Shown here: piece by piece, positions 31,420-41,463 of the stretch | Numbering within the stretch: position 1 is the stretch's first letter | Layout of the letters: every line of letters starts with the position of its first letter | Made by a program: the position numbers and the translations under genes | Notes under the pieces: model-generated | Told to the model about the DNA's origin: nothing | What the model saw: the letters and a program-made list of their open reading frames with translations, nothing else | Databases searched by the model: none | Source: Brevundimonas sp. | GTDB lineage: Bacteria; Pseudomonadota; Alphaproteobacteria; Caulobacterales; Caulobacteraceae | Length of the DNA stretch: 51,511 nt | Assembly: GCA_046314055.1 (NCBI GenBank) | Contig: JBKBXN010000001.1 | Location: forward strand, 1 to 51,511 | Direction of reading: 5' to 3'

Positions 31420-32515
31420 GCCACTAGCGCTTCACGGATGGGTTTGGTCCCGCAATTACGGCGACCTATTGATGCTCGACCTCGCGAAGGGCTGGGTACT
31501 GAACGCTGCTGAAGGGGGCGTCACTGTGCCGCTGGCGAATGCTGAAGTGGCGGCTGACCTCAATCTAAGGATAGGAAGGGGGGTGTCCGATCTTCTCGAG
31601 TCCCGCAGCCTTATTATTCCGGGGGGCGGCGCCTTCGGGATGCGACCACATGGCGGATTGAGGCAACGAGTGCGCATGATGCGAAGGTTTGCGAGTCCAC
31701 TCGGACTGCAATGGCTTACGCGCAAGCCGTTCTCTCTTGTTGCCATTGGCGCTGGACCGTTCGGCGGCGGCTCAGATGGCCGGTTGATCGGGGCGCTGTT
31801 TGACCGTGCTGCGTTCATCAGCGTGAGGGACGAAGAAAGCATGCATCTTCTTCGGAAGGCCGGCTTGAAACGGTCTGACGCAGAAGTGACGGCAGATATC
31901 GTCCTTTCGTTGACGCGCGCAGACATCCCTCCCGCCGCTACGATCCGCGCGCGTGATCTGCTCATGAGTCTCGGCAATGAGCCGATTATCGGCATTCATC
32001 TCTCAGGTTCACCTGAGGATGAAGACTATGAAGGCGTTCACGCGGGTGTCCTGCAAGCGGCGGCTGACCACCCTTATGCCAACTTCGCCTTAATCATAGA
32101 CCACCCGGCGCGAGATGGTGTCTCCAGTCAGCAGCGGGCTGCAGCTTACCTACTTTCGCAGCTGCCTGGGCGCAGCAAAGTCATCGAGTACTCAGATCAT
32201 TGGACGTTGGCGGCGCTGCTGGGAGAGCTCGGTGGGGTAATTACAAACAAGCTGCATGTCGCAATTACCAGCATGGCCCTAGGCAATCCAGCGGGCGCCA
32301 TAGCGCAGCACCCCAAAAACCATCGACTGTTCCGTCAGCTTAGCCTGTCAGATCGCTGCGTGGATCTGCACGGCGTTGAGGCCAAAACTGTTAGAAGGCT
32401 ATTCAACGAAATCATAGAAAGCGGTGCCGGCTCATGTGACGTGCCAGCTAGTGTCCGATCAGCCTCGCTTTCGAACCGTATGACCATTGCCCGCCTGGCG
32501 ACGCTCAATGTCTGA
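31412..32515 (+). CDS. Polysaccharide pyruvyl transferase family protein
   Basis: NYGDLLM, PGGG.F, GAGP, ISVRDEES, TAD, KLH..I motifs. Confidence 0.85.
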   Translation: MTRPLALHGWVWSRNYGDLLMLDLAKGWVLNAAEGGVTVPLANAEVAADLNLRIGRGVSDLLESRSLIIPGGGAFGMRPHGGLRQRVRMMRRFASPLGLQWLTRKPFSLVAIGAGPFGGGSDGRLIGALFDRAAFISVRDEESMHLLRKAGLKRSDAEVTADIVLSLTRADIPPAATIRARDLLMSLGNEPIIGIHLSGSPEDEDYEGVHAGVLQAAADHPYANFALIIDHPARDGVSSQQRAAAYLLSQLPGRSKVIEYSDHWTLAALLGELGGVITNKLHVAITSMALGNPAGAIAQHPKNHRLFRQLSLSDRCVDLHGVEAKTVRRLFNEIIESGAGSCDVPASVRSASLSNRMTIARLATLNV

Positions 32516-33695
32516 GATATTCAAGAAACCGACCAAGGGTCCCATCCTCGGCTTGATCGCTGGAGGCGAGGACTACGGTGTACGACGCGCTTGGATGGGA
32601 ATCCTCACAGCGCTGCGTGACTGCGGGGAGCCTGTTGTGATGGTGGCGCTTGCGGACGGCGGCTTGCGGGCTGCTTTCGAAGAGAATGGATTTGTTGTCC
32701 ATGTCGCCGATCATCGTCCATTGCCAAAGGTTACGGGAGGTCAGGGCAAAATTCGGCAGATGCTGACGCGAACTTTGGCGCAACTCGGGCGGTTGGGGGC
32801 CATTCAAGCGTGTATTAACGAGCATCGACCCCGCGCGCTGCTCGTGCGCAGTCCATTGGAAGCGCCACTGGCCGCGTTGGCTGCCCGTCGTGCCGGAATT
32901 CCGGCATACTGGCTATTGCCCAACGGCCTGAGCGACCAATATCCGCTGGATATTAACCGAAAGCTCTATCGGCTGGCGTTTCGCTATTTGAATCTCATTC
33001 CCGTTGCCAACAGCCATTATACTGCGACCACTCTGGGGCGCGGCAATTTCAAGCGCCACGTAGTCCACTTGGGCGTCGATCCAGCAGAGTTCTTAAGCCC
33101 GGTTAAGGTCCATTCCCGTGGGGATTTGGGGCTGCCGGAAGAAGCCATCGTCATTGGGATATTTGCGCGTCTCGTGCCTGAAAAAGGCCAGTTGCAAATG
33201 ATACAGGCGATTGAGCGACTGGGCGAAAGCGCATCAAGCGTACACCTCGCAGTCTTTGGCGGGCCGTTGGAAACGATCTATGCTGACGAGCTTAGGCGAG
33301 TTGCAGCGCCACTAGGAAATCGCGTGCGGTTCTTTGGACCGGTGACCGAGGTTTCGCGCTACTACGACATGTGTGACATCATCGCCAATACGCGTCTCGA
33401 CCCGGAGCCTTTCGGCCTCTCCGTGATCGAAGCGATGATGACAGGCAAGCCAGTGTTGGCTCACAAGGCTGGGGGACCAGGAGAAACAGTCATCGACGAT
33501 GTGACAGGCTGGCATATCCGGGCACCGAGCGTGGAGGCCTTTATGGATGGCGTGTCCCGAATGCTGAATGACCGACAACGATGGCCAGCGATGTCGGAGG
33601 CCGCCAGACAAAGAGCACTCTCTAACTTCACGCATACGGCAATGGTGGGGCGCTTGTTGAGCGTAATCGACTCAACTGGTCCGGAAGGCGCATGA
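32508..33695 (+). CDS. Glycosyltransferase family 4
   Basis: ARLVPEKG and EPFGLSVIEAMMTGKPV...AGGP.E GT-B signature. Confidence 0.88.
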   Translation: MSEIFKKPTKGPILGLIAGGEDYGVRRAWMGILTALRDCGEPVVMVALADGGLRAAFEENGFVVHVADHRPLPKVTGGQGKIRQMLTRTLAQLGRLGAIQACINEHRPRALLVRSPLEAPLAALAARRAGIPAYWLLPNGLSDQYPLDINRKLYRLAFRYLNLIPVANSHYTATTLGRGNFKRHVVHLGVDPAEFLSPVKVHSRGDLGLPEEAIVIGIFARLVPEKGQLQMIQAIERLGESASSVHLAVFGGPLETIYADELRRVAAPLGNRVRFFGPVTEVSRYYDMCDIIANTRLDPEPFGLSVIEAMMTGKPVLAHKAGGPGETVIDDVTGWHIRAPSVEAFMDGVSRMLNDRQRWPAMSEAARQRALSNFTHTAMVGRLLSVIDSTGPEGA

Positions 33696-33702
33696 ATCAG
33701 CT

Positions 33703-34974
33703 ATGATCGCTACTATCCTTGTTATCGCCTCGCTCCTTGCTGGCTTCCGATGGCCGGGAGTGCTGATAGCGGGTGCCCTGCTCACTTATCAGGCGGGGGC
33801 TCTAAGTGGCATAGCGAACTTGTCTACGCTTTATGTCGTGGCGGCGCTCATGATTTCAATCTACGTGGGGCGCCGATCATTGAGGCGCTTGCGAGTAGGG
33901 GCAATCGACGCAGCTTTCCTGGCGTTCCTCTCGATCTACGTGATGACGGTTCTCTATAGTCCCGCAGCGGCTGACGGATTTTCTGAAGTATTCCAAATCC
34001 TGCTTCCTGCAGTATCCCTTTATGTTTTGGGTCGCCTTTGCACAAGCAGTGTAGATCTACGGGTCCTGGTTGTGCAAGTCGTGGGGGGGGTGCTTGTTCT
34101 TGGCGCTCTGTACGGGATTTTGTTATACTTCAACCGCGGACTCGCTGTGTCTGGACGCCTCGGGATCGGTGATTCTAACGCCGTGGGCATATCACAGGCA
34201 TTCCCGCTTATGCTAGTGGCGGGAGTGGTGGCTGTTTACAATCTATCGAACCGCAAGAAATTTTTGCTAGCCTCCCTCGCCCTTATGAGTACAGCAATCA
34301 TATTTTACGTGAGCCTTATCAGCGCCACGCGCTCTGTATATATCGCGACCGTAGCCTCTCTCATATTGCTGCTCACCATATCGGCGGCGCGTATGAGAGT
34401 GTGGACCTTCGTGGGAGTTGTGACCTTGGTCGGTGTTATATTGGCACCGTTCCTGGGCGCCGCGATTGGCAGCAGCGATGCTCAGGGTGGCATTAATCGA
34501 CTATTGATGAACTTCCGGTCAGGAGATTTTCGGCTCGATTTGTCCGGACGCCTACGACTTCAGCAACAGGAGCTTGGTTGGGAACTCTTCCAGGACCACC
34601 CGGTGTTTGGAACGGGGCTTGGCGGATACGATGAAATTACGCAACGCGGCTATCCCCATAACATGTTGCTAGAAGTGGGCTCACAATCAGGAATAGTCGG
34701 ACTTTCTCTACTCGCGATCTATATATCGACTTTGTATTGGGTGGGCCTCCAAATTTCGAAGGCAAGACCATATGCATGGCTTCTATTAGCATTTTTAACT
34801 GCTGCGCTTGTTCACATGCAGCTGAGCTTTGCTCTGTTTATGGCCAAGCCCTTGTTCTTGATCACCGGTGTATTGGCCGCCTACAGCACGATTTATCTTA
34901 CAAAGATTGGCAAACGATCTGTTCCGAAAGGAAACGAAATTAGGGCTCGTAGCGCATTTCCCGCTAAACCGTGA
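33703..34974 (+). CDS. Wzy polymerase / O-antigen ligase-like membrane protein
   Basis: About 11 TMs, ATRS, R....W..F.DHPVFGTG.GG, YPHN..LE...Q.GIVG. Confidence 0.8.
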   Translation: MIATILVIASLLAGFRWPGVLIAGALLTYQAGALSGIANLSTLYVVAALMISIYVGRRSLRRLRVGAIDAAFLAFLSIYVMTVLYSPAAADGFSEVFQILLPAVSLYVLGRLCTSSVDLRVLVVQVVGGVLVLGALYGILLYFNRGLAVSGRLGIGDSNAVGISQAFPLMLVAGVVAVYNLSNRKKFLLASLALMSTAIIFYVSLISATRSVYIATVASLILLLTISAARMRVWTFVGVVTLVGVILAPFLGAAIGSSDAQGGINRLLMNFRSGDFRLDLSGRLRLQQQELGWELFQDHPVFGTGLGGYDEITQRGYPHNMLLEVGSQSGIVGLSLLAIYISTLYWVGLQISKARPYAWLLLAFLTAALVHMQLSFALFMAKPLFLITGVLAAYSTIYLTKIGKRSVPKGNEIRARSAFPAKP

Positions 34975-34977
34975 TCG

Positions 34978-35541
34978 CTATTTTGGCTTTGGGCCACGGG
35001 CAAATTGGCGGCGCCGGAGGGCTGTCTCGTGAGCTTCAAGGTCATCGATCTTTCGGCGGCCGATGACTTTTGCAGGATTGCCGGCAGCTACCCCATAGTT
35101 CGGGACGTCCTTACTAACCACGGCACCCGCCGCAATCATTGCGCCGCGGCCGATGGTGACGCCGCTTAATATGGTCGCGTTGAACCCGATCCAAACGTCA
35201 TCGCCGATATGAACCTCATCTCGTGCATCGCGAGGTCTTGAGTTTGGGCTTCCGAGCGTTGAAGCGCGCGAGATCGGCACTCCTACTTGACTGGCGTCAT
35301 GCTCGTACCGACTGACGATCCCGACTTGGCTGGCGATCAGCACGCCGGATCCGATGGTGCCGTTACAAGAAATCCATACGTTTGTGCCGATCGCCACCTC
35401 CCGACCAATAGTCAGATTGTCGGCGGCGTTGATGAAGCTGCCGGCTCCAACTTGCAGATCGTTTGTGAAATTCACATTCCGGCGCACGGCCAAGCGGCGC
35501 ATCAAGCGCCTATAAACAGGTCTAAGGATGGACCGAATCAC
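34978..35541 (-). CDS. Hexapeptide-repeat O-acetyltransferase
   Basis: IGDDVWIG....[24 protein letters not shown]...V.AGNPAK; GTG at 35541 overlaps the upstream stop (GTGA), preferred to 35634. Confidence 0.85.
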   Translation of the reverse strand: MIRSILRPVYRRLMRRLAVRRNVNFTNDLQVGAGSFINAADNLTIGREVAIGTNVWISCNGTIGSGVLIASQVGIVSRYEHDASQVGVPISRASTLGSPNSRPRDARDEVHIGDDVWIGFNATILSGVTIGRGAMIAAGAVVSKDVPNYGVAAGNPAKVIGRRKIDDLEAHETALRRRQFARGPKPK

Positions 35542-36473
35542 TGCGATCTTCCGCGAAGTGTCTGCTTTATCAAACGCTTGATCATCCCCAGTCGAGCCAG
35601 AAAGACCTGAACTCGAGCGTCTCGACTGCGACACATGAAATCTATGGCGGCAAAATCTATTTCGACGGCAGGTGGCCAGTCGCCGACGCTAGGGTTGGTC
35701 GGGAGACTTGTTCCAAGGAGCAGCTTGTAGGGGTTGAGGGCGCTGGCATGTGTGCCCCCCTTGCCAACGCCGATGTTGGTCACATACCGCCGGGTCGGGA
35801 ATATGGACACGCCCCCATCAGCAAATATTTTCTGATGCCAGCGGATGAACCAGCTATCGACCAATCCTCTTTGAGCGAGGTCCAACAGTTCAGACGCGCT
35901 GCTTAGCCCGTTAATATCAAAGAAACGCCGGAAGCTTCGAGACCGCAAGGTAGCTTCGGGAATGACGGGTTGGTCGAAATCGAATAAGTCCCATGCTCGC
36001 TTCCAGGTAGCCCACCCCCAAGGGTGTGCGAAGGGAACGAAAAATGACCGGTTTTGGCGCATCAGTTCGGGGTGCTGATAACTGTAGCCGCAGATGCTCC
36101 ACACGCGTGGCTCATCGACATAGCGGGCGATCCCGTCAAGGAAGTAAGTCAGGGCTGTGGGGGCCAACACGAGATCGTCCTCTAGCACAATGGCATGACC
36201 ATGACGCGCACACACGTCTGAGACCCCGGCAAAGATCGAGCGCCGAAGGCCTCGATTCGCTTCGGCGGCGACGATCCTCCAATTGGGAGTCGCGGCCTCC
36301 CGCGCGATTCGCAAGGTCTCAGCCACGATCTCCGCTTCGGCCGGGGATCGGGGGCCATCAACAAAGATGGTGACATCGGCTTGGGTGAACTCCGGGCAAG
36401 CAGATAGGCTGTCAAGCAGCCGCGAGAGACTGGCCGGCCGATTGAACGCAAATATGGCGAGGGCTGCCTTCAT
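35538..36473 (-). CDS. GT-A fold glycosyltransferase (family 2-like)
   Basis: [38 protein letters not shown]. Confidence 0.82.
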   Translation of the reverse strand: MKAALAIFAFNRPASLSRLLDSLSACPEFTQADVTIFVDGPRSPAEAEIVAETLRIAREAATPNWRIVAAEANRGLRRSIFAGVSDVCARHGHAIVLEDDLVLAPTALTYFLDGIARYVDEPRVWSICGYSYQHPELMRQNRSFFVPFAHPWGWATWKRAWDLFDFDQPVIPEATLRSRSFRRFFDINGLSSASELLDLAQRGLVDSWFIRWHQKIFADGGVSIFPTRRYVTNIGVGKGGTHASALNPYKLLLGTSLPTNPSVGDWPPAVEIDFAAIDFMCRSRDARVQVFLARLGMIKRLIKQTLRGRSQ

Positions 36474-37066
36474 TGCGTTTCTCCTAACGTGAGCGAGGGG
36501 GATCCCTTGGTCGCTCTGCGGCGGATGAGAGTGAGCGGGGTTCCCGCGTACACACCGTACGGCTCCGTGTTATGGCGCACGACGCTTTTAGCAGCGACAA
36601 CCGAGCCCCGAGCCACAGTTACTCCAGGATGCACAAACACACCGGCTGCAACCCAAGCCTCATCTTCCACAGTGATTGGTTCTGCGTAAATATCAAAGGT
36701 GGCGGCCGTCATGTCGTGGGAGCCGGTGCAGAGGTAGCAGTACTGGGACACCACGGCGTTGCGACCGATTTCGATCGGTCCCAGAGTATAAAGTTCTACG
36801 AAGTCTCCGACCCAGCTGTGGTCGCCGATTACCAGCTTCCACGGATAGGTGATCCTCACGCTAGGCCGGATTAGGACGCCCTTACCGATCCTGGCTCCAA
36901 ACAGCCGCAGCAGCCAGCGCCGCCAACCGTAGAGAAACTGGGGCGAAAGAGCGAATAACGTGCTCTGCACCAGCCACCATAGCTGAACGAAGACCGTCGA
37001 GCGGCCACGAAAGCCCGGCGGCATGCGAAAGCGTGCGAGGTCCTGGACGAGGGGCTGATCGGTCAC
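36470..37066 (-). CDS. wcaF: Colanic-acid-type acetyltransferase WcaF
   Basis: FRGRS...VQLWW.VQ.TLF, LLRLFGARIG, RPSV.ITYPWKL.IGD, YLCTGSHD. Confidence 0.9.
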   Translation of the reverse strand: MTDQPLVQDLARFRMPPGFRGRSTVFVQLWWLVQSTLFALSPQFLYGWRRWLLRLFGARIGKGVLIRPSVRITYPWKLVIGDHSWVGDFVELYTLGPIEIGRNAVVSQYCYLCTGSHDMTAATFDIYAEPITVEDEAWVAAGVFVHPGVTVARGSVVAAKSVVRHNTEPYGVYAGTPLTLIRRRATKGSPSLTLGETQ

Positions 37067-38415
37067 GCTGTCTGTCCTGAAGCTATCTCTGCCGCAGCTC
37101 GCTCAAACCCGTCGATGATCGCGCTCTTCTTCCAGCGCGTCTCTGCACGCTGGCGACCGGCGGCACCCAGGGTCCGGCGCAGGTCGGGGTCGGCGGCCAG
37201 ACGCAGGAGGCCGGCGGTCATGGCTGGGGCGGTCGGTTCAACGGCTAGGCCGCAGCCCTCGACCTCGGCGGCCAGTCCGGAACCGGGGGCGGCCATGGCG
37301 ACGACCGGCCGTCCCGAGGCCAGCATGCCCGTCAGCTTGGACGGCAGGACCAGATCCGCCGCCTCGGGCCGCTGGGGCAGCAGGTGGATGTCGGCCGTGC
37401 CCAGCAGTTCGCCCAGCCGCTGCATCGGCTGAAGCGGCAGGAAACGCACCGTGTCCATGCCCTGGCAGGCCGCCTCCAGCGCCGCCCGGGCGGGGCCGTC
37501 GCCGCACAGCAGCAGGGTGACCGGCGCCTGGGCCGCCCGCAACTCGGCCGCGACCTGCCCCAGGGCCTCCAACCCCTGTTTGCCGGCCATGTTGCCGGAA
37601 TAGAGGGCCACGATCCGCTCGGGGTCTATGTTCAGTTCGCGCCGATAGTCCGTGTTTGTGGAAGCGAACACCGGGACGGCGTCGACGTCGACCCAGTTGC
37701 GGAACTCGACCGTCCGTTCGGCCGCCACGCCTTTTGCGCCCAGACGCTGAACCATGGCGGGCGAGATGCTGGACACCCGGCTGAACCGACGCAGCAGTCC
37801 GGCCTCCAGTCCCAGGGCGGCGCGTCGTGCGAACCGGTTGCTGAGCAGGCCCAGGTCAAAAGCGGCGTCCACCTCGAAATCCTGGATGTGCAGCCAACTG
37901 GCCGCGCCGGCGACCTTGGCCGCCATCCAGGCCGTCGCGGCGGCGGTCAGGGTGGGGGCGACGGCGAAGACCAGGTCCGGCTTGAAACGGCGCGCCACGC
38001 CGATCGCGGCCGGAGCGGCGGCCGCCCCGAAAGACGCCAGATGGGTGACCCGCTTCAGGCCCGAGGGCTCAGGCGGCACATAGAGGGGCGTGCGATGGAT
38101 CGCCACGCCGTTCAGCGTCCCACGTGTCCAGCGTGCGCCGGAATAGCCGGGCGCGACCTTCCAGGCCGGATAATAGGGCGGCCCGGTCACGACCTCGACC
38201 GCATGGCCGCGCGCCACCAAGTCTTCAGCCAATTCCGTGGTGTACTTAGCACACCCGACAAGTTCGGGCGCGTAGTTCAGGGCGACGATCAGAATACGGA
38301 GGCTCGGCAAGGCGGTCCCTGTGTCGGTACGCTCGCCGTCGGACGACAAGTGATCGATCCCCGACTGGGGCGTGTCAGCGATAGCTGCACCGTTGTCGAG
38401 GACCGCCGTTTCCAT
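37063..38415 (-). CDS. wcaI: Colanic-acid-type glycosyltransferase WcaI (GT4)
   Basis: LNYAPEL.G.AKYT, PPYYP.W, WLHIQDFEVDA, YSGN..KQGL, AADLVLPSKLTGMLASG. Confidence 0.9.
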   Translation of the reverse strand: METAVLDNGAAIADTPQSGIDHLSSDGERTDTGTALPSLRILIVALNYAPELVGCAKYTTELAEDLVARGHAVEVVTGPPYYPAWKVAPGYSGARWTRGTLNGVAIHRTPLYVPPEPSGLKRVTHLASFGAAAAPAAIGVARRFKPDLVFAVAPTLTAAATAWMAAKVAGAASWLHIQDFEVDAAFDLGLLSNRFARRAALGLEAGLLRRFSRVSSISPAMVQRLGAKGVAAERTVEFRNWVDVDAVPVFASTNTDYRRELNIDPERIVALYSGNMAGKQGLEALGQVAAELRAAQAPVTLLLCGDGPARAALEAACQGMDTVRFLPLQPMQRLGELLGTADIHLLPQRPEAADLVLPSKLTGMLASGRPVVAMAAPGSGLAAEVEGCGLAVEPTAPAMTAGLLRLAADPDLRRTLGAAGRQRAETRWKKSAIIDGFERAAAEIASGQTA

Positions 38416-39737
38416 CAGCCCCGTCCGATGCCGCTGTACTTGAACCCGCGATTGATCATGTCTTCGGCGCGATAGACGTTACGCAGATCCACCAGCACCG
38501 GCTGTTTCATCAGACCCTTGACCCGGTCCAGGTCCAGCGCCCGGAACTGGTCCCATTCGGTGATGATGACCACGGCGTCGGCGCCTTCGACGGCCTCATA
38601 GGCGTTGGCCTTCATTTCAACGCCGGGCAGCAGCTTGCCGGCCTCGTGCATGCCCTCGGGGTCGAAGGCCTGGACCTTGGCGCCGGCGGCGATCAGGGCG
38701 GGGGCGATGTCCAGCGAGGGAGCGTCGCGCATGTCGTCGGTGTTGGGCTTGAAGGTCAGACCCAGCAGGGCGACCGTCTTGCCGGCGACGCTCTCGCCCA
38801 GGGTCGTCTCGACCCGGCCGGCCATGGCCTTCTTGCGGGCGTCGTTGACCTCGACCGTGGTCTCGATCAGGCGGACGGGCGCGCCGTATTGCTGAGCGGT
38901 GCGGACCAGAGCGATGGTGTCCTTGGGGAAGCAGGAGCCGCCGTAGCCGGGGCCGGCGTGCAGGAACTTCGACCCAATCCGCTTGTCGAGGCCGATGCCG
39001 CGCGCCACCTGCTGCACATCGGCGCCGACGGCTTCGCACAGATCGGCCATCTCGTTGATGAAGGTGATCTTCATCGCCAGGAAGGCGTTGGCGGCGTATT
39101 TGATCAGTTCCGAGGTGCGGCGGCCGACGAACTGAAGCGGGCTCTCGTTTAGGTTCAGGGGGCGGTACAGCTCGCTCATCACGGCCTTGGCGCGCGCGCC
39201 GGTGTCGCTGTCGATGTCGTTGACGCCGATCACGACGCGGTCAGGACGTTTGAAGTCGCCGATGGCGGCGCCCTCGCGCAGGAACTCGGGGTTGGAGACC
39301 ACGGCGAAGTCGGCGTTCGGATTGGCCTTGCGGATGATGGCCTCGACCTCGTCGCCGGTGCCGACGGGCACGGTGGACTTGGTCACCACCACGGTGAAGC
39401 CGTCGATCAGGCCGGCGATCTCTTCCGCCGCCGCATAGACGTAGGAGAGGTCCGCATGGCCGTCGCCGCGGCGGGTGGGCGTGCCGACGGCGATGAAGAC
39501 GGCGTCGGCGTTGCGAATGGCCTCAGCGCCCTCGAGCGTAAAGAACAGGCGGCCTTCCTTGACGTTGGTCGCGACTAGGTCGTCCAGACCGGGCTCGAAG
39601 ATCGGGATCTCGCCCTTCTGAAGACGCTCGATCTTCGACGGGTCCTTGTCGATGCAGGTCACCACATGACCGAAATCGGCGAAACAGGCCCCAGACACTA
39701 GGCCGACATAGCCGGTGCCGATCATCGCGACGCGCAT
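38415..39737 (-). CDS. ugd: UDP-glucose 6-dehydrogenase
   Basis: IGTGYVGL, AVGTP, KSTVPVGT, SNPEFLREG, GYGGSCFPKD, FKPNTDDMR. Confidence 0.95.
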   Translation of the reverse strand: MRVAMIGTGYVGLVSGACFADFGHVVTCIDKDPSKIERLQKGEIPIFEPGLDDLVATNVKEGRLFFTLEGAEAIRNADAVFIAVGTPTRRGDGHADLSYVYAAAEEIAGLIDGFTVVVTKSTVPVGTGDEVEAIIRKANPNADFAVVSNPEFLREGAAIGDFKRPDRVVIGVNDIDSDTGARAKAVMSELYRPLNLNESPLQFVGRRTSELIKYAANAFLAMKITFINEMADLCEAVGADVQQVARGIGLDKRIGSKFLHAGPGYGGSCFPKDTIALVRTAQQYGAPVRLIETTVEVNDARKKAMAGRVETTLGESVAGKTVALLGLTFKPNTDDMRDAPSLDIAPALIAAGAKVQAFDPEGMHEAGKLLPGVEMKANAYEAVEGADAVVIITEWDQFRALDLDRVKGLMKQPVLVDLRNVYRAEDMINRGFKYSGIGRG

Positions 39738-39882
39738 AGTTCAATCCCCATAGTTCTAGGCTGACATTGCATATTGCATTGCAGCATATCAATGTGTTTC
39801 TAACCAAGTCGCAGTTGTACGCGCGCCCAGATTGGGCGGTGCAATAGCTTGATTGCGAGCCTCGTCATACTAGGGAACGTGC

Positions 39883-41382
39883 ATGCTCAAGCCACGACAA
39901 GACCTGAAGCCGAACACGGCGGCCTATGAGACCCAGGCGCTGGTCAAGCCGACGGGGTTTCGGGAGTATGACGCCCGCTGGATTCTGGAAAAGGAGATCA
40001 ATCTCCTCGGCATCCAGGCCCTGGGTCTGGGCCTGGCCACCTATGTCCACGAGATTGGCGTCGCGCCCAAGATCGTCACCGGCCATGATTTCCGCGGCTA
40101 CAGCCTCAGCGTCAAACAGGCGCTGATCCTGGGCCTGCTGGAAGGCGGGATGGAGGTGCTGGACGTCGGCCTGGCCCTGTCGCCCATGGCCTATTTCGGT
40201 CAGTTCGAGCTGGACGCGCCCTGCGTGGCCATGGTCACCGCCAGCCATAACGAGAATGGCTGGACCGGGGTGAAGATGGGGGCGAACAAGCCCCTGACCT
40301 TCGGCCCCGAGGAGATGGGCCGGCTGAAACAGATCGTGCTGAACGGCGAGGGCGTGGCTCGGCCAGGCGGCAAGCTGGTCCGGGTCGAGGGCTTCCGCGA
40401 GACCTATGTCGCCGACGTCGCCGCCAAGGTGCAGATCAAACGTCCGCTGAAGGTGGTCTGCGCCTGCGGCAACGGCACGGCCGGCGCCTTCGCTCCCGAC
40501 GCACTGCGGCGGATGGGCGTCGAGGTGATCGAGATGGACACCGACCTCGACTACAATTTCCCCAAGTACAATCCGAACCCGGAAGATCACGCCATGCTGG
40601 TGCAGATGGCCCAGCGGGTGCGCGAGACGGGCGCCGACCTGGCCCTGGGCTTCGACGGCGATGGCGACCGTTGCGGGGTGGTGGACGACACCGGCGAGGA
40701 GATCTTCGCCGACAAGATCGGCCTGATGCTGGCCCGCGACCTGTCCAAGGTCTATCCGGATAGCACCTTCGTGGTCGATGTGAAGTCGACCGGCCTCTAC
40801 AAGACCGATGAGGTCCTCAAGGCCAACGGCGCCGAGGTGGTCTATTGGAAGACCGGCCATTCCTACATCAAGCGCAAGACCGCCGAACTGGGCGCCCTGG
40901 CCGGGTTCGAGAAGTCAGGCCACTTCTTCATGGCCGGCGATCTGGGCCACGGCTACGACGACGGCCTGGTCGCGGCCGGGGCGGTTCTGGCCATGCTGGA
41001 CCGCAATCCGGGCAAGAAGCTCAGTGAACTGAAAGCCGCCCTGCCGGACGCCTGGACCAGCCTGACCATGTCGCCCCATTGCGACGACGAGCTGAAGTAT
41101 GGCGTGCTGGAGCGGATCGTGAAGGAATATTCGGATCTGGCCGCCGCCGGCGGCGAGATCCTGGGTCGCAAGATCCTCGAGGCCATCACCGTCAACGGCG
41201 TGCGGGTGCACCTGGAAGATGGATCCTGGGTCCTGGTCCGCGCCTCGTCGAACAAGCCGGAATTGGTGGTGGTGGTCGAGAGCATGCGCTCAGAAGATGA
41301 CATGCGCGACCTGTTCCGCAGGGAGATCAAACCGCGCCTGGCCGCCTATCCCGAGATCGGCGCCTTCAATCAGGAAATCTGA
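39883..41382 (+). CDS. Phosphomannomutase/phosphoglucomutase
   Basis: FREYDAR, TASHN phosphoserine loop, FDGDGDR, FEKSGH, VRASSN. Confidence 0.93.
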   Translation: MLKPRQDLKPNTAAYETQALVKPTGFREYDARWILEKEINLLGIQALGLGLATYVHEIGVAPKIVTGHDFRGYSLSVKQALILGLLEGGMEVLDVGLALSPMAYFGQFELDAPCVAMVTASHNENGWTGVKMGANKPLTFGPEEMGRLKQIVLNGEGVARPGGKLVRVEGFRETYVADVAAKVQIKRPLKVVCACGNGTAGAFAPDALRRMGVEVIEMDTDLDYNFPKYNPNPEDHAMLVQMAQRVRETGADLALGFDGDGDRCGVVDDTGEEIFADKIGLMLARDLSKVYPDSTFVVDVKSTGLYKTDEVLKANGAEVVYWKTGHSYIKRKTAELGALAGFEKSGHFFMAGDLGHGYDDGLVAAGAVLAMLDRNPGKKLSELKAALPDAWTSLTMSPHCDDELKYGVLERIVKEYSDLAAAGGEILGRKILEAITVNGVRVHLEDGSWVLVRASSNKPELVVVVESMRSEDDMRDLFRREIKPRLAAYPEIGAFNQEI

Positions 41383-41463
41383 TAGCGGCGATTGACGTCC
41401 CGTCACCTTGGCGTGGTTGAGCTGAAGACGGCCTGTGCCTGCGGAATGCCTTTGGGGGGAACG

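Noticed and set aside
35542-35634. 97-bp overlap between the GT2-like gene and the acetyltransferase
   Set aside because: Removed by using the GTG at 35541, which gives a standard GTGA overlap.
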